A stretch of DNA of 64,000 bases from an uncultured delta proteobacterium (GCA_963771465.1 CAVYTU010000006.1:134588-198587); one strand, 5' to 3'; shown: positions 10,324 to 20,596, counted from the first letter of the stretch. The notes: a model not told the origin generated them from the sequence alone. Numbers and translations: made by a program.

Positions 10324-11460
10324 ATGATGCAAGCCAGATCATTCAAATGTTTTCAATCGGCAATGTCACCCAAGCGATCTGCGATGTCGAAGCGAGTTGC
10401 GCCGGGAGGCCGTCTTTTCTTGATGGCGTCTGTGATGACGGTTTGCGCAATGCTGGCCGCGGCAACGTCATCTGTTTTTGCGCAGACTCCGTTCTATCAG
10501 GGGAAGACCGTGAAAGTAGTCGTCGCTGGGACTCCTGGCGGAACGGCTGATTTTCGGGTTAGGGCGCTGGTTCCATATTTGCGCAAGCACATCCCCGGCA
10601 ATCCTACGGTCCTGCTCGAGTTCATGGACGGCAGCGGCGGGCGGAAAGCGGCGAATTACATGTATGGCAATGCGCGCCCGGACGGTTTCACCGTGGGAGC
10701 GTTAAGCGGCGGCATCGTCGCGCTGCAAATCATGGGCGAATCCGGCGTCATGTACGACGTCGATAAATTTATCTATCTCGGATCGTCGGAAGGCGGCAGT
10801 CACCAGATCATCTATACGAGAAAGGAACTGGGGCTGGACAGTATAGAAAAGCTAAGAGCGGCGTCGGGAATCAGGATCGGCGCCCAGTCCGTCGGGCACG
10901 TCGCCTACGTATCGGGACGGTTATTCGCCTACTTCATCGGTATGAAGGATGCGAAATTTATCGCCGGCTATACGGCTCCCGAGGTGGACGCGGCTTTATT
11001 GCGCGGCGAATTGGATGCGCGGTCGAACAACCCGACCTCGGTGCTACGGCGCAACCCCGAATGGTTGGAAAAAGGCGTGATGAATTTCCACGCCATTCTC
11101 GAAGCGCCGAAAGGAATCAAGCACCCACGCTTTGGCCATTTGCCCGAGATCGAGAGCTTCGCCAAGTCAGAAAAAGAGCTCAGGCTGTTGACGTTATGGC
11201 GCTCTTTCAGAGTGATCGGTTCACCTTACGTTTTGCCGCCGGGCACGCCCCAGGAGCGCGTGAAGATTGTTAAGGAAGCCATCGCGAAAGCCTTTCAGGA
11301 TCGAGAGTTTCATAGCGAATACGAGAAGCTTACTGGTGAGAGCGCGGATCTGATCATGCCGGACACGATGGCGAAAATCATCAAGGAGACGCCGCGCGAC
11401 GCCGAGGTGGTTGACACGCTCAAGAAACTATCCGGCGCCGGGCCACTACCGCCGCGCTAG
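10324..11460 (+). CDS. Bug/TctC-like substrate-binding protein, divergent paralog of 8924..10000
   Basis: Motifs FYQGKTV, HIPGNPTV..GGRKAANY, PDGFTVG, LPPGTPQERV. Start is uncertain and may be 10384. Confidence 0.8.
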   Translation: MMQARSFKCFQSAMSPKRSAMSKRVAPGGRLFLMASVMTVCAMLAAATSSVFAQTPFYQGKTVKVVVAGTPGGTADFRVRALVPYLRKHIPGNPTVLLEFMDGSGGRKAANYMYGNARPDGFTVGALSGGIVALQIMGESGVMYDVDKFIYLGSSEGGSHQIIYTRKELGLDSIEKLRAASGIRIGAQSVGHVAYVSGRLFAYFIGMKDAKFIAGYTAPEVDAALLRGELDARSNNPTSVLRRNPEWLEKGVMNFHAILEAPKGIKHPRFGHLPEIESFAKSEKELRLLTLWRSFRVIGSPYVLPPGTPQERVKIVKEAIAKAFQDREFHSEYEKLTGESADLIMPDTMAKIIKETPRDAEVVDTLKKLSGAGPLPPR

Positions 11461-11544
11461 CAAAAAAACTGTCGTCGGAGCATGCCACGCTGTCAGAAGT
11501 GAGACGGCTATGTCGAACCATAATTCCATCCTTGCAACCAGCCT

Positions 11545-11698
11545 CTTGCAGGCTGCTCTAAAAGATTTAGAGGCGAGTCGCAGACCTAAAAGGATAAGGG
11601 ATAACGGATAAAGGATAAAATTTAGGATTACTTTTATCACTTATCCTTTCGCCTTTAACCTTTTCCCTGTCGGTGGTTCTTTTTCAGCGGCCTGCTAG
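11545..11698. mobile_element. MITE-like element with imperfect terminal inverted repeats
   Basis: Left end CTTGCAGGCTGCTCTAAAAGA matches the reverse complement of the right end, CTAGCAGGCCGCTGAAAAAGA. 154 bp, non-coding, between convergent genes. Confidence 0.5.
11591..11668. repeat. Tandem-repeat hairpin A: (NGGATAA)x4 ... (TTATCCT-like)x5
   Basis: aggataa gggataa cggataa aggataa - aatttaggattact - ttatcac ttatcct ttcgcct ttaacct tttccct. Confidence 0.8.
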
Positions 11699-11747
11699 CG
11701 GATTCGCCTCTGGCCAACGCGCTGCCGCACGCGAGCCACTCAATGAG

Positions 11748-12674
11748 TTAGCTTGCTTTTTCCAATGCATCGTTCCAACCGAACTTTTGCCGCGGTCCAC
11801 CCAGCAGCGCGAGGAAGTCGAGCGCGTTGTGAGATAGCGGCCGGCCCTTGCGGTAAACGATAAAAGATTTGCCGTTGATTCTTCTTAATCCGGCGATTCT
11901 CAGCGTTTTCAGTGAACCGGCTTCGAGCTCCGATTCGACCTGATCGTGGTACAGTATTCCGATGCCCATCCCCTTCATCACGGCGGTCATTATCGCCTGG
12001 CCTGACTCACACTCCATCAGGATGTTGAGCCTGAATCCTTGGCTCTCGATGTGTCTGAGGACATCGGAAGGTTTACCTTGCCGTCCCTTCTTGATGATCA
12101 ACGGTGCCTGGGCGACTTCAGCCAAGCTCAATTCGAATTTCTTGGCTAACGGATGTTTGGCGGAAACAACAACAACGACGTTCTCTTCGCGACAAGGCAA
12201 GATCTGCAGCAAGGGGGATTTTGAAGGATTGGTGATTACGCCGATTTCGATCTGAGATTGGAGTACTAACTGCTCTATTCCGCGGCTCCTTTTGGTGCGA
12301 AAGATGATTTGCGTGTGGGGATGACTTTCTTTGAACCGCGCCAAAAGGGAGGGAATAAGAGCCGCTGAAGGAGCGTGGGAGCCGCCGACCGTGAGCGAGC
12401 CGCCAGTCAGTGGCGGCGCCGCTTGCTTGAATCTTTGGCCAAGTCGCTCGACGCGCAGCAGAATTTCTCGGACGTCGGCCTGGACGAGATGTCCTTCTCG
12501 CGTTAGCTCGATCTGTCTACCGACCTTTCGGTAGAGCCGAACACCGCAGAAGTCTTCCAGTGATTTCACCTGCTTGAAAACCGACGGTTCGCTGATGTCT
12601 AGCGACTCTGCCGCTCTTGTAATGTTGAGATATTTTGAGACCGCCGCGAATGCCCGGATCTGATTGAGTGTCAT
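11748..12674 (-). CDS. LysR-family transcriptional regulator
   Basis: N-terminal HTH MTLNQIRAF..NITRAAESLDISEPSVFKQVKSLE..LTREG followed by a substrate-binding domain. Divergent from the hydrolase pair. Confidence 0.92.
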   Translation of the reverse strand: MTLNQIRAFAAVSKYLNITRAAESLDISEPSVFKQVKSLEDFCGVRLYRKVGRQIELTREGHLVQADVREILLRVERLGQRFKQAAPPLTGGSLTVGGSHAPSAALIPSLLARFKESHPHTQIIFRTKRSRGIEQLVLQSQIEIGVITNPSKSPLLQILPCREENVVVVVSAKHPLAKKFELSLAEVAQAPLIIKKGRQGKPSDVLRHIESQGFRLNILMECESGQAIMTAVMKGMGIGILYHDQVESELEAGSLKTLRIAGLRRINGKSFIVYRKGRPLSHNALDFLALLGGPRQKFGWNDALEKAS

Positions 12675-12870
12675 AACTTCACCATTTGTCTCACATGGGT
12701 TGTTGTACCGACCACCCCGAACGTGGTTACTCCCGCAGCGGATAGAAATCAATAGCCTCCAAGATATAGCAGCAGTTGATGAATGAATATTGGACAGAGC
12801 TGCCGGGAATCAAGTAAGAAGCGTAACGCTCTTAAGCGCCAATAAGACAATTTCGCACCGGAGGATTCCT

Positions 12871-14374
12871 ATGAATCGACTTATCGTCAGGCCGTTATCG
12901 GGATTGACGTTCGCTTTGCTGGCGACAGTGGCATTGGTCTCTACCGCCGCGGCGCAGCTCCAGCCGACCACCAATGTCGTCGTCACCGCGAATCTCAACA
13001 CCGGCGGGCAGACCAATGTCAATGCGGCACGTTTGCGTCGGCCGACCACCAATGTGCTGGCCAAGGCGCATATCGGTGTTTTCGTTATGCACCCGTCTTC
13101 GGGTTATCAGAACAACGGTGTGTGCAATGCCTTGGCCCAACGTGGTTTTACAACAGTGTGCGCTGACAGCGTATTTAACGGGAACGACAACGGTTACTAT
13201 GGCTACGAGCAGCATGCACCGGGAATACGGGCGGGCATCAACTATCTAAGAAGCATCACGGCGACAGCAACCCTGCCGGCAGTTTCCAAAGTGCTTATCT
13301 TCGGCCATAGCATGGGCGCGCCGATGATGGCGTTTTATCAAAACGTCGCTGAAAACGGCGCGGCGATCGCTTGCCAGGGAGCCGAGAAAATCCTCCCTTG
13401 CGTCGATACCAATTTACAGAACCTCCCAAAAGCTGACGGCGTAATGTTGTTCGATGCTCATTTAGGCGATGGATTGGCGACGTTTACTTATGTCGATCCG
13501 GCTCTCAGCAACAATATTTTTTCTTGCGAGCCGCGCAAGCTCCAAAACGATATGTTCACCGCCGCCAATGGCTATATTCGCAATCCCGGCCAATTGGACG
13601 ACAACGGCGCGACCTATTCCAAGCAGTTCAAAAAGACTTTCCTGGTGCATCAAGCCGTGCGCAACGAAGATCTCATCGAAGTGGCGCTCGATCTACTGCA
13701 GCAAAGGAGAATCCAAACCGGCAATCCCAATGACCTGGGCGATGCCATTCCGTTCGTCGTGCCCGGCTCCGATGGCGCGCGTCTCTTTCAGCCGGACACA
13801 AGTCTGCTCAAATATACCAAGAAGAAGCACATACTTTTGGCTCGGGATGGAACTCGTCCCGTGCAAATCATCCAATCGGTTCGGCCGCCGTCAGGCAATC
13901 TCGACGCTTTGGACTGCGATGCCTCGACGCGCGAGGTCAATGTTCATATTTGGCTGGGCTCGAGAGCCTTGCGCGCCACGCCCGGCAAATACAGCCAAAC
14001 ACCGGACGATATCACAGGCATTGACTACGACTCGTCGGCCACCAGCAGCGTTACCAACGTCAAAGGAGTCGGTAAGCATCCCAACGGCAGTCAGGCGACG
14101 ACGCCACTTGCTGATCATTGCCAACACCGGCCACTATTTTCTCCGGCCCGACGAGATCGTTTACGACAATGCCTACAGCACGGATAAGACCTTGGCATTT
14201 TCGGAAGGGGCGGTCCACGGCGGCGGCCCGTGCGCGCAATGCACTCGCATCATCTTAAATGATCCGGCCTTGGCGACGGCAACGGCAAACGCATATTGGA
14301 CGGATCCTGCCGGCAACGGGCCGGCAGAAAGATCTTGGAACTTCATGGCCGAATGGCTGAGTGCGAGGTACTAG
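12871..14374 (+). CDS. Exported alpha/beta-hydrolase, +1 frameshift near 14107 (sequencing error or pseudogene)
   Basis: Signal peptide and GHSMG nucleophile elbow. The C-terminus LLIIANTGHYF..TDK..EGAVH continues in the next frame and aligns with the downstream paralog. Confidence 0.75.
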
Positions 14375-14452
14375 GCGCCGCTACGATCGAGTCGAGTGGT
14401 TCAAGAATTGAATTTAATAATTGTGATTTTTTTTGAGAGGAAGGAATTCATC

Positions 14453-15766
14453 ATGACCGCAATAAAGTTTTCCCTGATATTTAGTTTGCTACTGGTTCTC
14501 TCCGTGCCGGCGACGTTCGCTCAGACGACCACGGACCTTGATTTGGGTGGCGGAGCGCTGGGGCGTTATCGGACGCCGGCAGGTCAGATGTCAAATATCG
14601 CGTTCATCGCGATTCATCGCACCGGAGATTACCGCAACCACGCTTCGACAACGCAGTTGCAGAGCCGCGGCTTCGCCACTCTCGGCATAAGGACTAGATT
14701 CGGTAGTAGCGAAGCCGCTGTGAACTGGGAGCTCATTGCTTTGGATATTCGAAGCGCCGTTCGCTTCCTTAGAAATCAGCCGGGAATTACTAAAGTCGTG
14801 CTGATCGGTCACAGCGGCGGCGGCCCGAGCACGTCGTATTACCAAGCGCTTTCGGAAAATGGTCCTTCGTATTGCCAAGGGGCTAACAAATTAGTTGAGT
14901 GCTCCTTTTCAGAGACCGATTTCCTGCCCTCGGACCGGGCCGATGGGATGGTATTTGTAGAGGCGCACTTAGCGAACGGCATCAATCGGTTGCGGGCGTT
15001 GAACCCTTCCGTGGTCAATGAAGACCAACCCTTTGGTCCCGCGCGTAACAAGACTCTCGATCCCTTTGACCCTAAGAATGGCTACAATCCCAATGGCGAC
15101 TCTGCCTATTCTCAGCATTTTGTCGATACCTACGCGCGCGGGGAGTCGAGACGCATGAATGGTCTGATCCACGATGCTCTTCAAATTAGACACGAAATAG
15201 AACTTGGCCTGCGTGATCCGGCCGATGACGCGTTTGTTTTCTGGCGCGACAGCGCGCGGTTGTCGCAACTTAGCACGGGCGTCCAATGTTGCACTTTCAA
15301 TCCAACTCGATTGATCCAGAATAGCGGTGCCATCGCTAACCCGCAGATCATTCATACGGTGCGAGTTCCTGAGCCGAGCATTAAGGATGATGACGAAGGA
15401 GAGGATGGCAGACAAGACTTGAAAATCACCTCGTTCTTGAGCGCTAATGGTATAAGATCCAATCACTCGTACGACAGCATCGATTGGTGTTCGAGCAACA
15501 ATTCAACGATCTGCGCAGTTCGGACGATCTCGGTGCCGGCTGTGGTGATAGCGGCGCAAGGGCATTACTTTATTCGCGACGGCGAGCAGATCTTTGAAGA
15601 GTTGGCGAGCACCGACAAAGAATTTCTCGTCATCGAAGGGATGAACCACAATCTCGGCAATTGTACGGCCTGCGCGACGTTTCACGGCACCGGCCCTTAC
15701 ACAAATATTCCATTGAATCTGTGGAACTATGTTGCAGCTTGGGCGAATGCGCATATTGGGAACTGA
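14453..15766 (+). CDS. Exported alpha/beta-hydrolase (paralog of the upstream gene)
   Basis: Signal peptide, LIGHSGGG, YQALSENG..CQG, GHYFIRD..STDKEF..EGMNH. Confidence 0.8.
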   Translation: MTAIKFSLIFSLLLVLSVPATFAQTTTDLDLGGGALGRYRTPAGQMSNIAFIAIHRTGDYRNHASTTQLQSRGFATLGIRTRFGSSEAAVNWELIALDIRSAVRFLRNQPGITKVVLIGHSGGGPSTSYYQALSENGPSYCQGANKLVECSFSETDFLPSDRADGMVFVEAHLANGINRLRALNPSVVNEDQPFGPARNKTLDPFDPKNGYNPNGDSAYSQHFVDTYARGESRRMNGLIHDALQIRHEIELGLRDPADDAFVFWRDSARLSQLSTGVQCCTFNPTRLIQNSGAIANPQIIHTVRVPEPSIKDDDEGEDGRQDLKITSFLSANGIRSNHSYDSIDWCSSNNSTICAVRTISVPAVVIAAQGHYFIRDGEQIFEELASTDKEFLVIEGMNHNLGNCTACATFHGTGPYTNIPLNLWNYVAAWANAHIGN

Positions 15767-15784
15767 CGACGAGGCCAAGCAGCG

Positions 15785-15807
15785 ATCTCCGAGCGAAATC
15801 GAGGGAC
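15785..15807. repeat. REP-like short palindromic motif (TCCGAGCGAAATCGAGGGA)
   Basis: Similar to TCCTGAGCGCAGGCGAAGGA at 30121-30145. Confidence 0.35.
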
Positions 15808-15861
15808 TTTCTAAGTGGAATATGAATCGGCGAGCGGCGTCATGATCACCACTGGATTGCG

Positions 15862-16330
15862 TCAGTTTTTTAGGGCAAGGTCCGCGATCGTCTTGCGGTA
15901 GCTTATGGTGAGGGCGCCTGCACCCGCAAGGACCGCGTTCATACGTCCCTTGGATGCAGCACGGAATGCGCTTTCGAAATTCGGGTTAGGAGCTTGCAGT
16001 TCCATCGATTGAAGTTGAATTTTTAAGGCGCGCGCTGCAGCCTCGTAGTAAGTAAAACTGCTTCCCGTTGTCTGGCGCCTCTCATCCGAAAGGACGCCAA
16101 CGCGCGATATTCGCGGCACCTCCTTTAGCAACTGCAGCCGCTTTCCGCTTAGCTATGGGGTGCGTCGGGTGAGACCCGTGATATTTCCCCGGGCTGCTAG
16201 GCTATCGATTAGCCCAGCCGCGACTAGATCAGCAGTGGTGATCATGACGATGGGAATCGTTTTGGTCACCTCTTTCGCCGCACAAACTCCTCGTATAGTT
16301 CCGGAAACAATCACGTCGACTTTTAGCGAC
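15862..16330 (-). pseudogene. Fragmented ABC_sub_bind-type substrate-binding protein
   Basis: Fragments LKVDVIV..AAKEVTKTIPIVM..DLVAAGLIDSLA.RGNITGLT and LKEVPRISRVGVL..AARALKIQLQ..FESAFRAA lie in different frames; both ends are truncated. Confidence 0.8.
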
Positions 16331-16481
16331 CTCGGAGCCGAAGTAAATCTGCCCGCGCTCAAGAAATGGCTCCCAGCCGTTTCTCGATTGTAATTTCCGA
16401 ATTTAGAATAATCGACGTGCTTTTCAGTCGCGATTTTGATTAAGATGTTTTCGCTAAAAGATTCAGAAAGGGGATTTTGGT

Positions 16482-17048
16482 ATGGCAGACATTGCACCGC
16501 AAAAAATCGCCGTAATCATTCTCGATATGGCCAAAGGGTACGGCTGGAAGCCCGGCAGTTTCGGCTACGATATGGTGGCGCAGGTGCGCCAGCTCAAAGA
16601 CGCAGCGTACGCCGCCGGCGCGCAGGTGATTCACGTCAATAGCATGCGCCGCCCGACGGACCACGTCAATGAAAACTCTCGCATGATGGTGGGAAGCGAA
16701 GGGCTTGAAGTGATCGCGGAGCTCCAGCCGATCGACAAAGACATCATAGTCTACAAGCGCTACTTGAGCGGCTTCTCGCACAACGATCTGGACTACACGC
16801 TCAGAACGATGGGTTGCGAGACGGTAATCGTAGCCGGAGCGTCGACCGACAATACCGTGCTTTGGACCTGTGCCGACGCTCATCAGAACCGCTACAAAGT
16901 TGTGGTGGTCGAGGACTGCACGATTGTCCATCGCGAGAAGGAGCCGCCGGGAGCCAAGGAGGGCGCGCTGCGAATTATCCGCAACGTTTTGAAAGGCGAG
17001 GTGTTGCCGTTAGCAGCGATCAAAGACAAATACCTCAAACCAAAATGA
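16482..17048 (+). CDS. Isochorismatase/cysteine-hydrolase family protein
   Basis: Motifs AVIILDM, YKRYLSGF, LDYTLR..AGASTDNTVLWT.ADA, VVVVEDC. Confidence 0.85.
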   Translation: MADIAPQKIAVIILDMAKGYGWKPGSFGYDMVAQVRQLKDAAYAAGAQVIHVNSMRRPTDHVNENSRMMVGSEGLEVIAELQPIDKDIIVYKRYLSGFSHNDLDYTLRTMGCETVIVAGASTDNTVLWTCADAHQNRYKVVVVEDCTIVHREKEPPGAKEGALRIIRNVLKGEVLPLAAIKDKYLKPK

Positions 17049-17162
17049 ATCACGCACCGTCCTCAAGCATGGCGGTAACGGTTGTCATCCTTCCATCCTG
17101 ACATAATCACGTTGCCGTTACTCCTGTTATAATCACTTTGCTACAACACCGAGATCAAAACC

Positions 17163-17191
17163 TTGACAACATCCAGCTCGCTAACTAGTGT
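17163..17191 (+). promoter_or_regulatory. Candidate sigma70 promoter for the MEDS-kinase operon
   Basis: TTGACA-17 nt-TAGTGT. Confidence 0.45.
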
Positions 17192-17324
17192 GATAGCAGT
17201 TGAAACGAGTTTCGTCGCTTGCTTCTACTGAGGACCGCTACTGTCAGCGGTCACCTCCTATTAAGACTCCGCTATTAGCGGCCGACGGACCCGCGATGGC
17301 AAACAATTAATTGGAGGAATAGCA

Positions 17325-18128
17325 ATGAATCATGAGCTTGAAGCGGACAGTCAGCCTTGGCACCCACTTTTGACCAACGCGGCACCGCGCGATCACATCG
17401 TACAGCTTTACCAGGATCAAGACTTTCTCAATCGCGCTGTCTGTCGGTTCGCGGCCGCTGCGCTCGCGAACGGCGAGGGTTTGATCCTGGTGCCGACGAG
17501 CGCCCACTGGAATGCCTTCCGCCCTCGGCTGGAGGCTGGAGGCGTGGATGTCAAGGCGGCACAGGAGCGCGGCCAGCTAACCGTCGTTGACGCCGATGAG
17601 TTGCTGCCAAGCTTCATGCGCGAAGCCATGCCCGACGCGCCGGTGTTCCTCGGCGTAGCGGCGGACGTCATCACACGGGCCCGCGGAGCGGGCCATTACC
17701 CGAAAGTGCGCTGGTGGGGCGAAATGGTCAATGTCCTTTGGGAGCGCGGGGACGTAGCCGGCAGCATGAGCCTCGAGGATCTGTTCGATCAGCTCGGCCA
17801 CGAGCAGGAGGTGGCGATCTTCTGCTCGTTTGTAATGGATAACTTCAACGGCGAGATGCACACTCGCATGCTGCCAAGGCTCGGGGAGAACCACTCTCAC
17901 TTGATCCCGGTGGAAGATTATGCGCGGCTCGAGCGTGCCGTAGCCGAAGCTCTGCGCGAGACAGTCGGCTCGGTCGAGGCCTCTGTCCTCGAAGGGCAGC
18001 TCCTCTCGCGCTATCCGGCGTCGTTCCAGATGCCGCGACCTCAGGCGCTGCTCTTGGCATTGCATCAGGCTCTGCCGGCTGTAGCTGACGCCGTGCTGCA
18101 ACGGAGTCGTACTTTGTACGAAGCTTAG
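17325..18128 (+). CDS. MEDS (DcmR-like sensory) domain protein
   Basis: HIVQLY, AALANGEG, GQLTVVDA, VRWWGEMVNVLW..LEDLFDQL, IFCSF, HSHLIP. GGAGG RBS. Confidence 0.8.
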   Translation: MNHELEADSQPWHPLLTNAAPRDHIVQLYQDQDFLNRAVCRFAAAALANGEGLILVPTSAHWNAFRPRLEAGGVDVKAAQERGQLTVVDADELLPSFMREAMPDAPVFLGVAADVITRARGAGHYPKVRWWGEMVNVLWERGDVAGSMSLEDLFDQLGHEQEVAIFCSFVMDNFNGEMHTRMLPRLGENHSHLIPVEDYARLERAVAEALRETVGSVEASVLEGQLLSRYPASFQMPRPQALLLALHQALPAVADAVLQRSRTLYEA

Positions 18129-18142
18129 AACGTGCCAGATCG

Positions 18143-20596
18143 ATGACGATACGATTGCAGGCAGATGATGACCGGTCTAGCGACGCCGCTCGGGTGCATA
18201 ACGACGCTGCGAGTGCCGACTCGGTCAGCGCTGACCTCGTCGATATTTTTGACACTATCGATCTTTCCATAGTGGTGGTTGGCCGCGACTTCACTGTGAC
18301 CCGCTTCAACATCGGCGCGGCAGCGCTGCTCGGCCTCACGCCATCGGACATTGGCCGCTCTCCCCGTGACATCCACCTCCTGACAGCCGTCATCGATCTC
18401 GAGAAGCTCTGCGCGCAAGTGATTGCCGACCGCTCACCGTTCCGGCGCGAAGTCCGGGACGGGGACCGGTGGTTCCTTCTTCGGATAGCTCCGTACACAA
18501 GAAGCGATGGGCAGATTGGCGGCACCGTGCTCACGTTCACAAACGTGACGGCTTTCCGTGCCAGTCTGGAGCAGGCAATTTACGAACGGGAGTACACAAA
18601 AGCGATCCTCAACACGGTGATCGAACCCTTGGTGGTCCTCGACGCCGACCTGCGGCTACAGACGGCCAATCGGGCCTTTTATGCGATGTTCCAGGTCTCG
18701 CGTGAGGAAACGCAAAATATTCCGCTCTATGATCTGGTGAACTATGAGTGGAATACTCCCCGGTTGTGGTCGCTCCTGAAAGAGATCATTTCCGACAATA
18801 GTGAGTTCCAAACCCTCGAGGCCGAGCACACCTTCCCCGTGATTGGACGCCGGACGCTCCTGCTCGATGCACGCCGGTTATCTCGAGAAAGTAATGTCGG
18901 CCAAATGATTCTCCTGGCGTTTCAGGATATCACCGAGCGCTCGGCGGCGGAGGAAGTACGCGCCACCCTCGCCGCCATTGTCGAATCTTCGGACGATGCC
19001 ATCATTAGCAAAGACCTCAGTGGCGTCATCACTAGCTGGAACAAGAGCGCCGAAGGGCTGTTCGGCTACACAGCCGACGAAACGGTCGGGCGACCGATCA
19101 CGTTGCTTATTCCCCCTGATCGACTCGACGAGGAGCGGAAGATTCTCGAGCAACTCAAGCGCGGCGAGCGGGTTGATCACTTCGAAACGGTGCGGATGCG
19201 AAAAGACGGCTCACGGCTGGACATCTCGCTAACCATCTCGCCTGTTAAAGGCGCCGATGGACGCATTGTCGGCGCGTCGAAAGTCGCACGCGACATTACC
19301 GATCGCAAGCTGGCCGAGAAGGCGCTGCGCGAGTACGCCGAGCAGTTGAAAGATGCCGACCGGCGCAAGGACGAGTTTCTGGCGACCTTGGCGCACGAGC
19401 TGAGAAATCCCTTGGCGCCTATCCGCAATGCCGTCGAGCTGCTGAAGCGACCCAATCTGACGGCCGAGAATTTCCAGCTGGCGCGCGAGATCACCGAGAG
19501 TCAGCTTAACCAAATGGTGCGCCTGGTCGACGATCTTTTGGATCTCAGCCGCATCAGCCAAGGCAAGATCGAATTGAAGAAGGAACGGGTAACGCTGAAG
19601 GCGATCCTCGATCAAGCGCTGGAAACTTCGCGGCCGCATGTGGAAGCGGCGGGACACAAGCTTTCGGTGTCGTTGCCGCCACGCAATGTATACCTCGATG
19701 CCGACCCCTTGCGGCTCGCGCAGGTGTTGTCAAACCTGATCAACAACGCATGCAAGTACAGCGCGAACAATGGCAACATTGAGATCAAGGCGGACCTGGA
19801 AACAGCGATCGAGAATAAAAGGAGCCAAGGAGACGCTGAGAACGGCAGAGGAGAAGCGGTTGCGGAACCCACAATCGTAAGCTCAATAGCCGAAATCGAA
19901 TCGGTTTCCGCATCCAAAGGCGAAATACCGAAATCCACAATGGCATTGGTCCTCTCCGTCAAAGACACGGGTATTGGCATCGCACCCGAGCATTTGCCGC
20001 GGATCTTCGGGATGTTCTCACAGGTTGGCTCGGCGCTGAATCGCTCGCAAGGCGGACTCGGTATCGGCCTCGCTCTGGTGCGCGGTTTGGTTGAACAGCA
20101 TGGAGGCAGTGTCGAAGCTCGCAGTGAAGGACTTGGCAAAGGCAGTGAGTTCATCGTGCGCTTGCCAGCAGCGCCCACCTTCGCGGAAGAATCAGCGATG
20201 CGTTCCGGCGACGAGAGTGTCCCAAACATCCCGTCTCGTCAAAAGCGTATTCTCGTGGTCGACGACAACAAAATTCAGGCGCGAAGTCTTGCGCTCTTGC
20301 TCAATGCCTTAGGTTTCGATGCTCGGTCGGTATACGACGCCAAGAGCGCGCTGGCGATACTTGACGAATTCACACCGCAAGTGGCATTGATTGATATAGG
20401 GCTACCGGATATCAACGGCTACGAGCTTGCACGCCGCTTACGAGGACTAACGCAGCTGAAAGGGATTACGTTGATCGCTCAAACCGGGTGGGGACGAGAC
20501 ACGGATCGCGAAGAGTCAAAACAAGCGGGATTTGATCATCATCTCACAAAGCCTATCAATCATCAGGTTTTGCAGAATCTCCTATTCTCAGAATAA
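18143..20596 (+). CDS. Multi-PAS hybrid sensor histidine kinase with C-terminal receiver
   Basis: Three PAS-like domains, H box FLATLAHELRNPLAPI, N box NLINNACKY, G boxes DTGIGI and GGLGIGL, receiver ILVVDD..LIDIGLP..TKP. Confidence 0.92.
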   Translation: MTIRLQADDDRSSDAARVHNDAASADSVSADLVDIFDTIDLSIVVVGRDFTVTRFNIGAAALLGLTPSDIGRSPRDIHLLTAVIDLEKLCAQVIADRSPFRREVRDGDRWFLLRIAPYTRSDGQIGGTVLTFTNVTAFRASLEQAIYEREYTKAILNTVIEPLVVLDADLRLQTANRAFYAMFQVSREETQNIPLYDLVNYEWNTPRLWSLLKEIISDNSEFQTLEAEHTFPVIGRRTLLLDARRLSRESNVGQMILLAFQDITERSAAEEVRATLAAIVESSDDAIISKDLSGVITSWNKSAEGLFGYTADETVGRPITLLIPPDRLDEERKILEQLKRGERVDHFETVRMRKDGSRLDISLTISPVKGADGRIVGASKVARDITDRKLAEKALREYAEQLKDADRRKDEFLATLAHELRNPLAPIRNAVELLKRPNLTAENFQLAREITESQLNQMVRLVDDLLDLSRISQGKIELKKERVTLKAILDQALETSRPHVEAAGHKLSVSLPPRNVYLDADPLRLAQVLSNLINNACKYSANNGNIEIKADLETAIENKRSQGDAENGRGEAVAEPTIVSSIAEIESVSASKGEIPKSTMALVLSVKDTGIGIAPEHLPRIFGMFSQVGSALNRSQGGLGIGLALVRGLVEQHGGSVEARSEGLGKGSEFIVRLPAAPTFAEESAMRSGDESVPNIPSRQKRILVVDDNKIQARSLALLLNALGFDARSVYDAKSALAILDEFTPQVALIDIGLPDINGYELARRLRGLTQLKGITLIAQTGWGRDTDREESKQAGFDHHLTKPINHQVLQNLLFSE

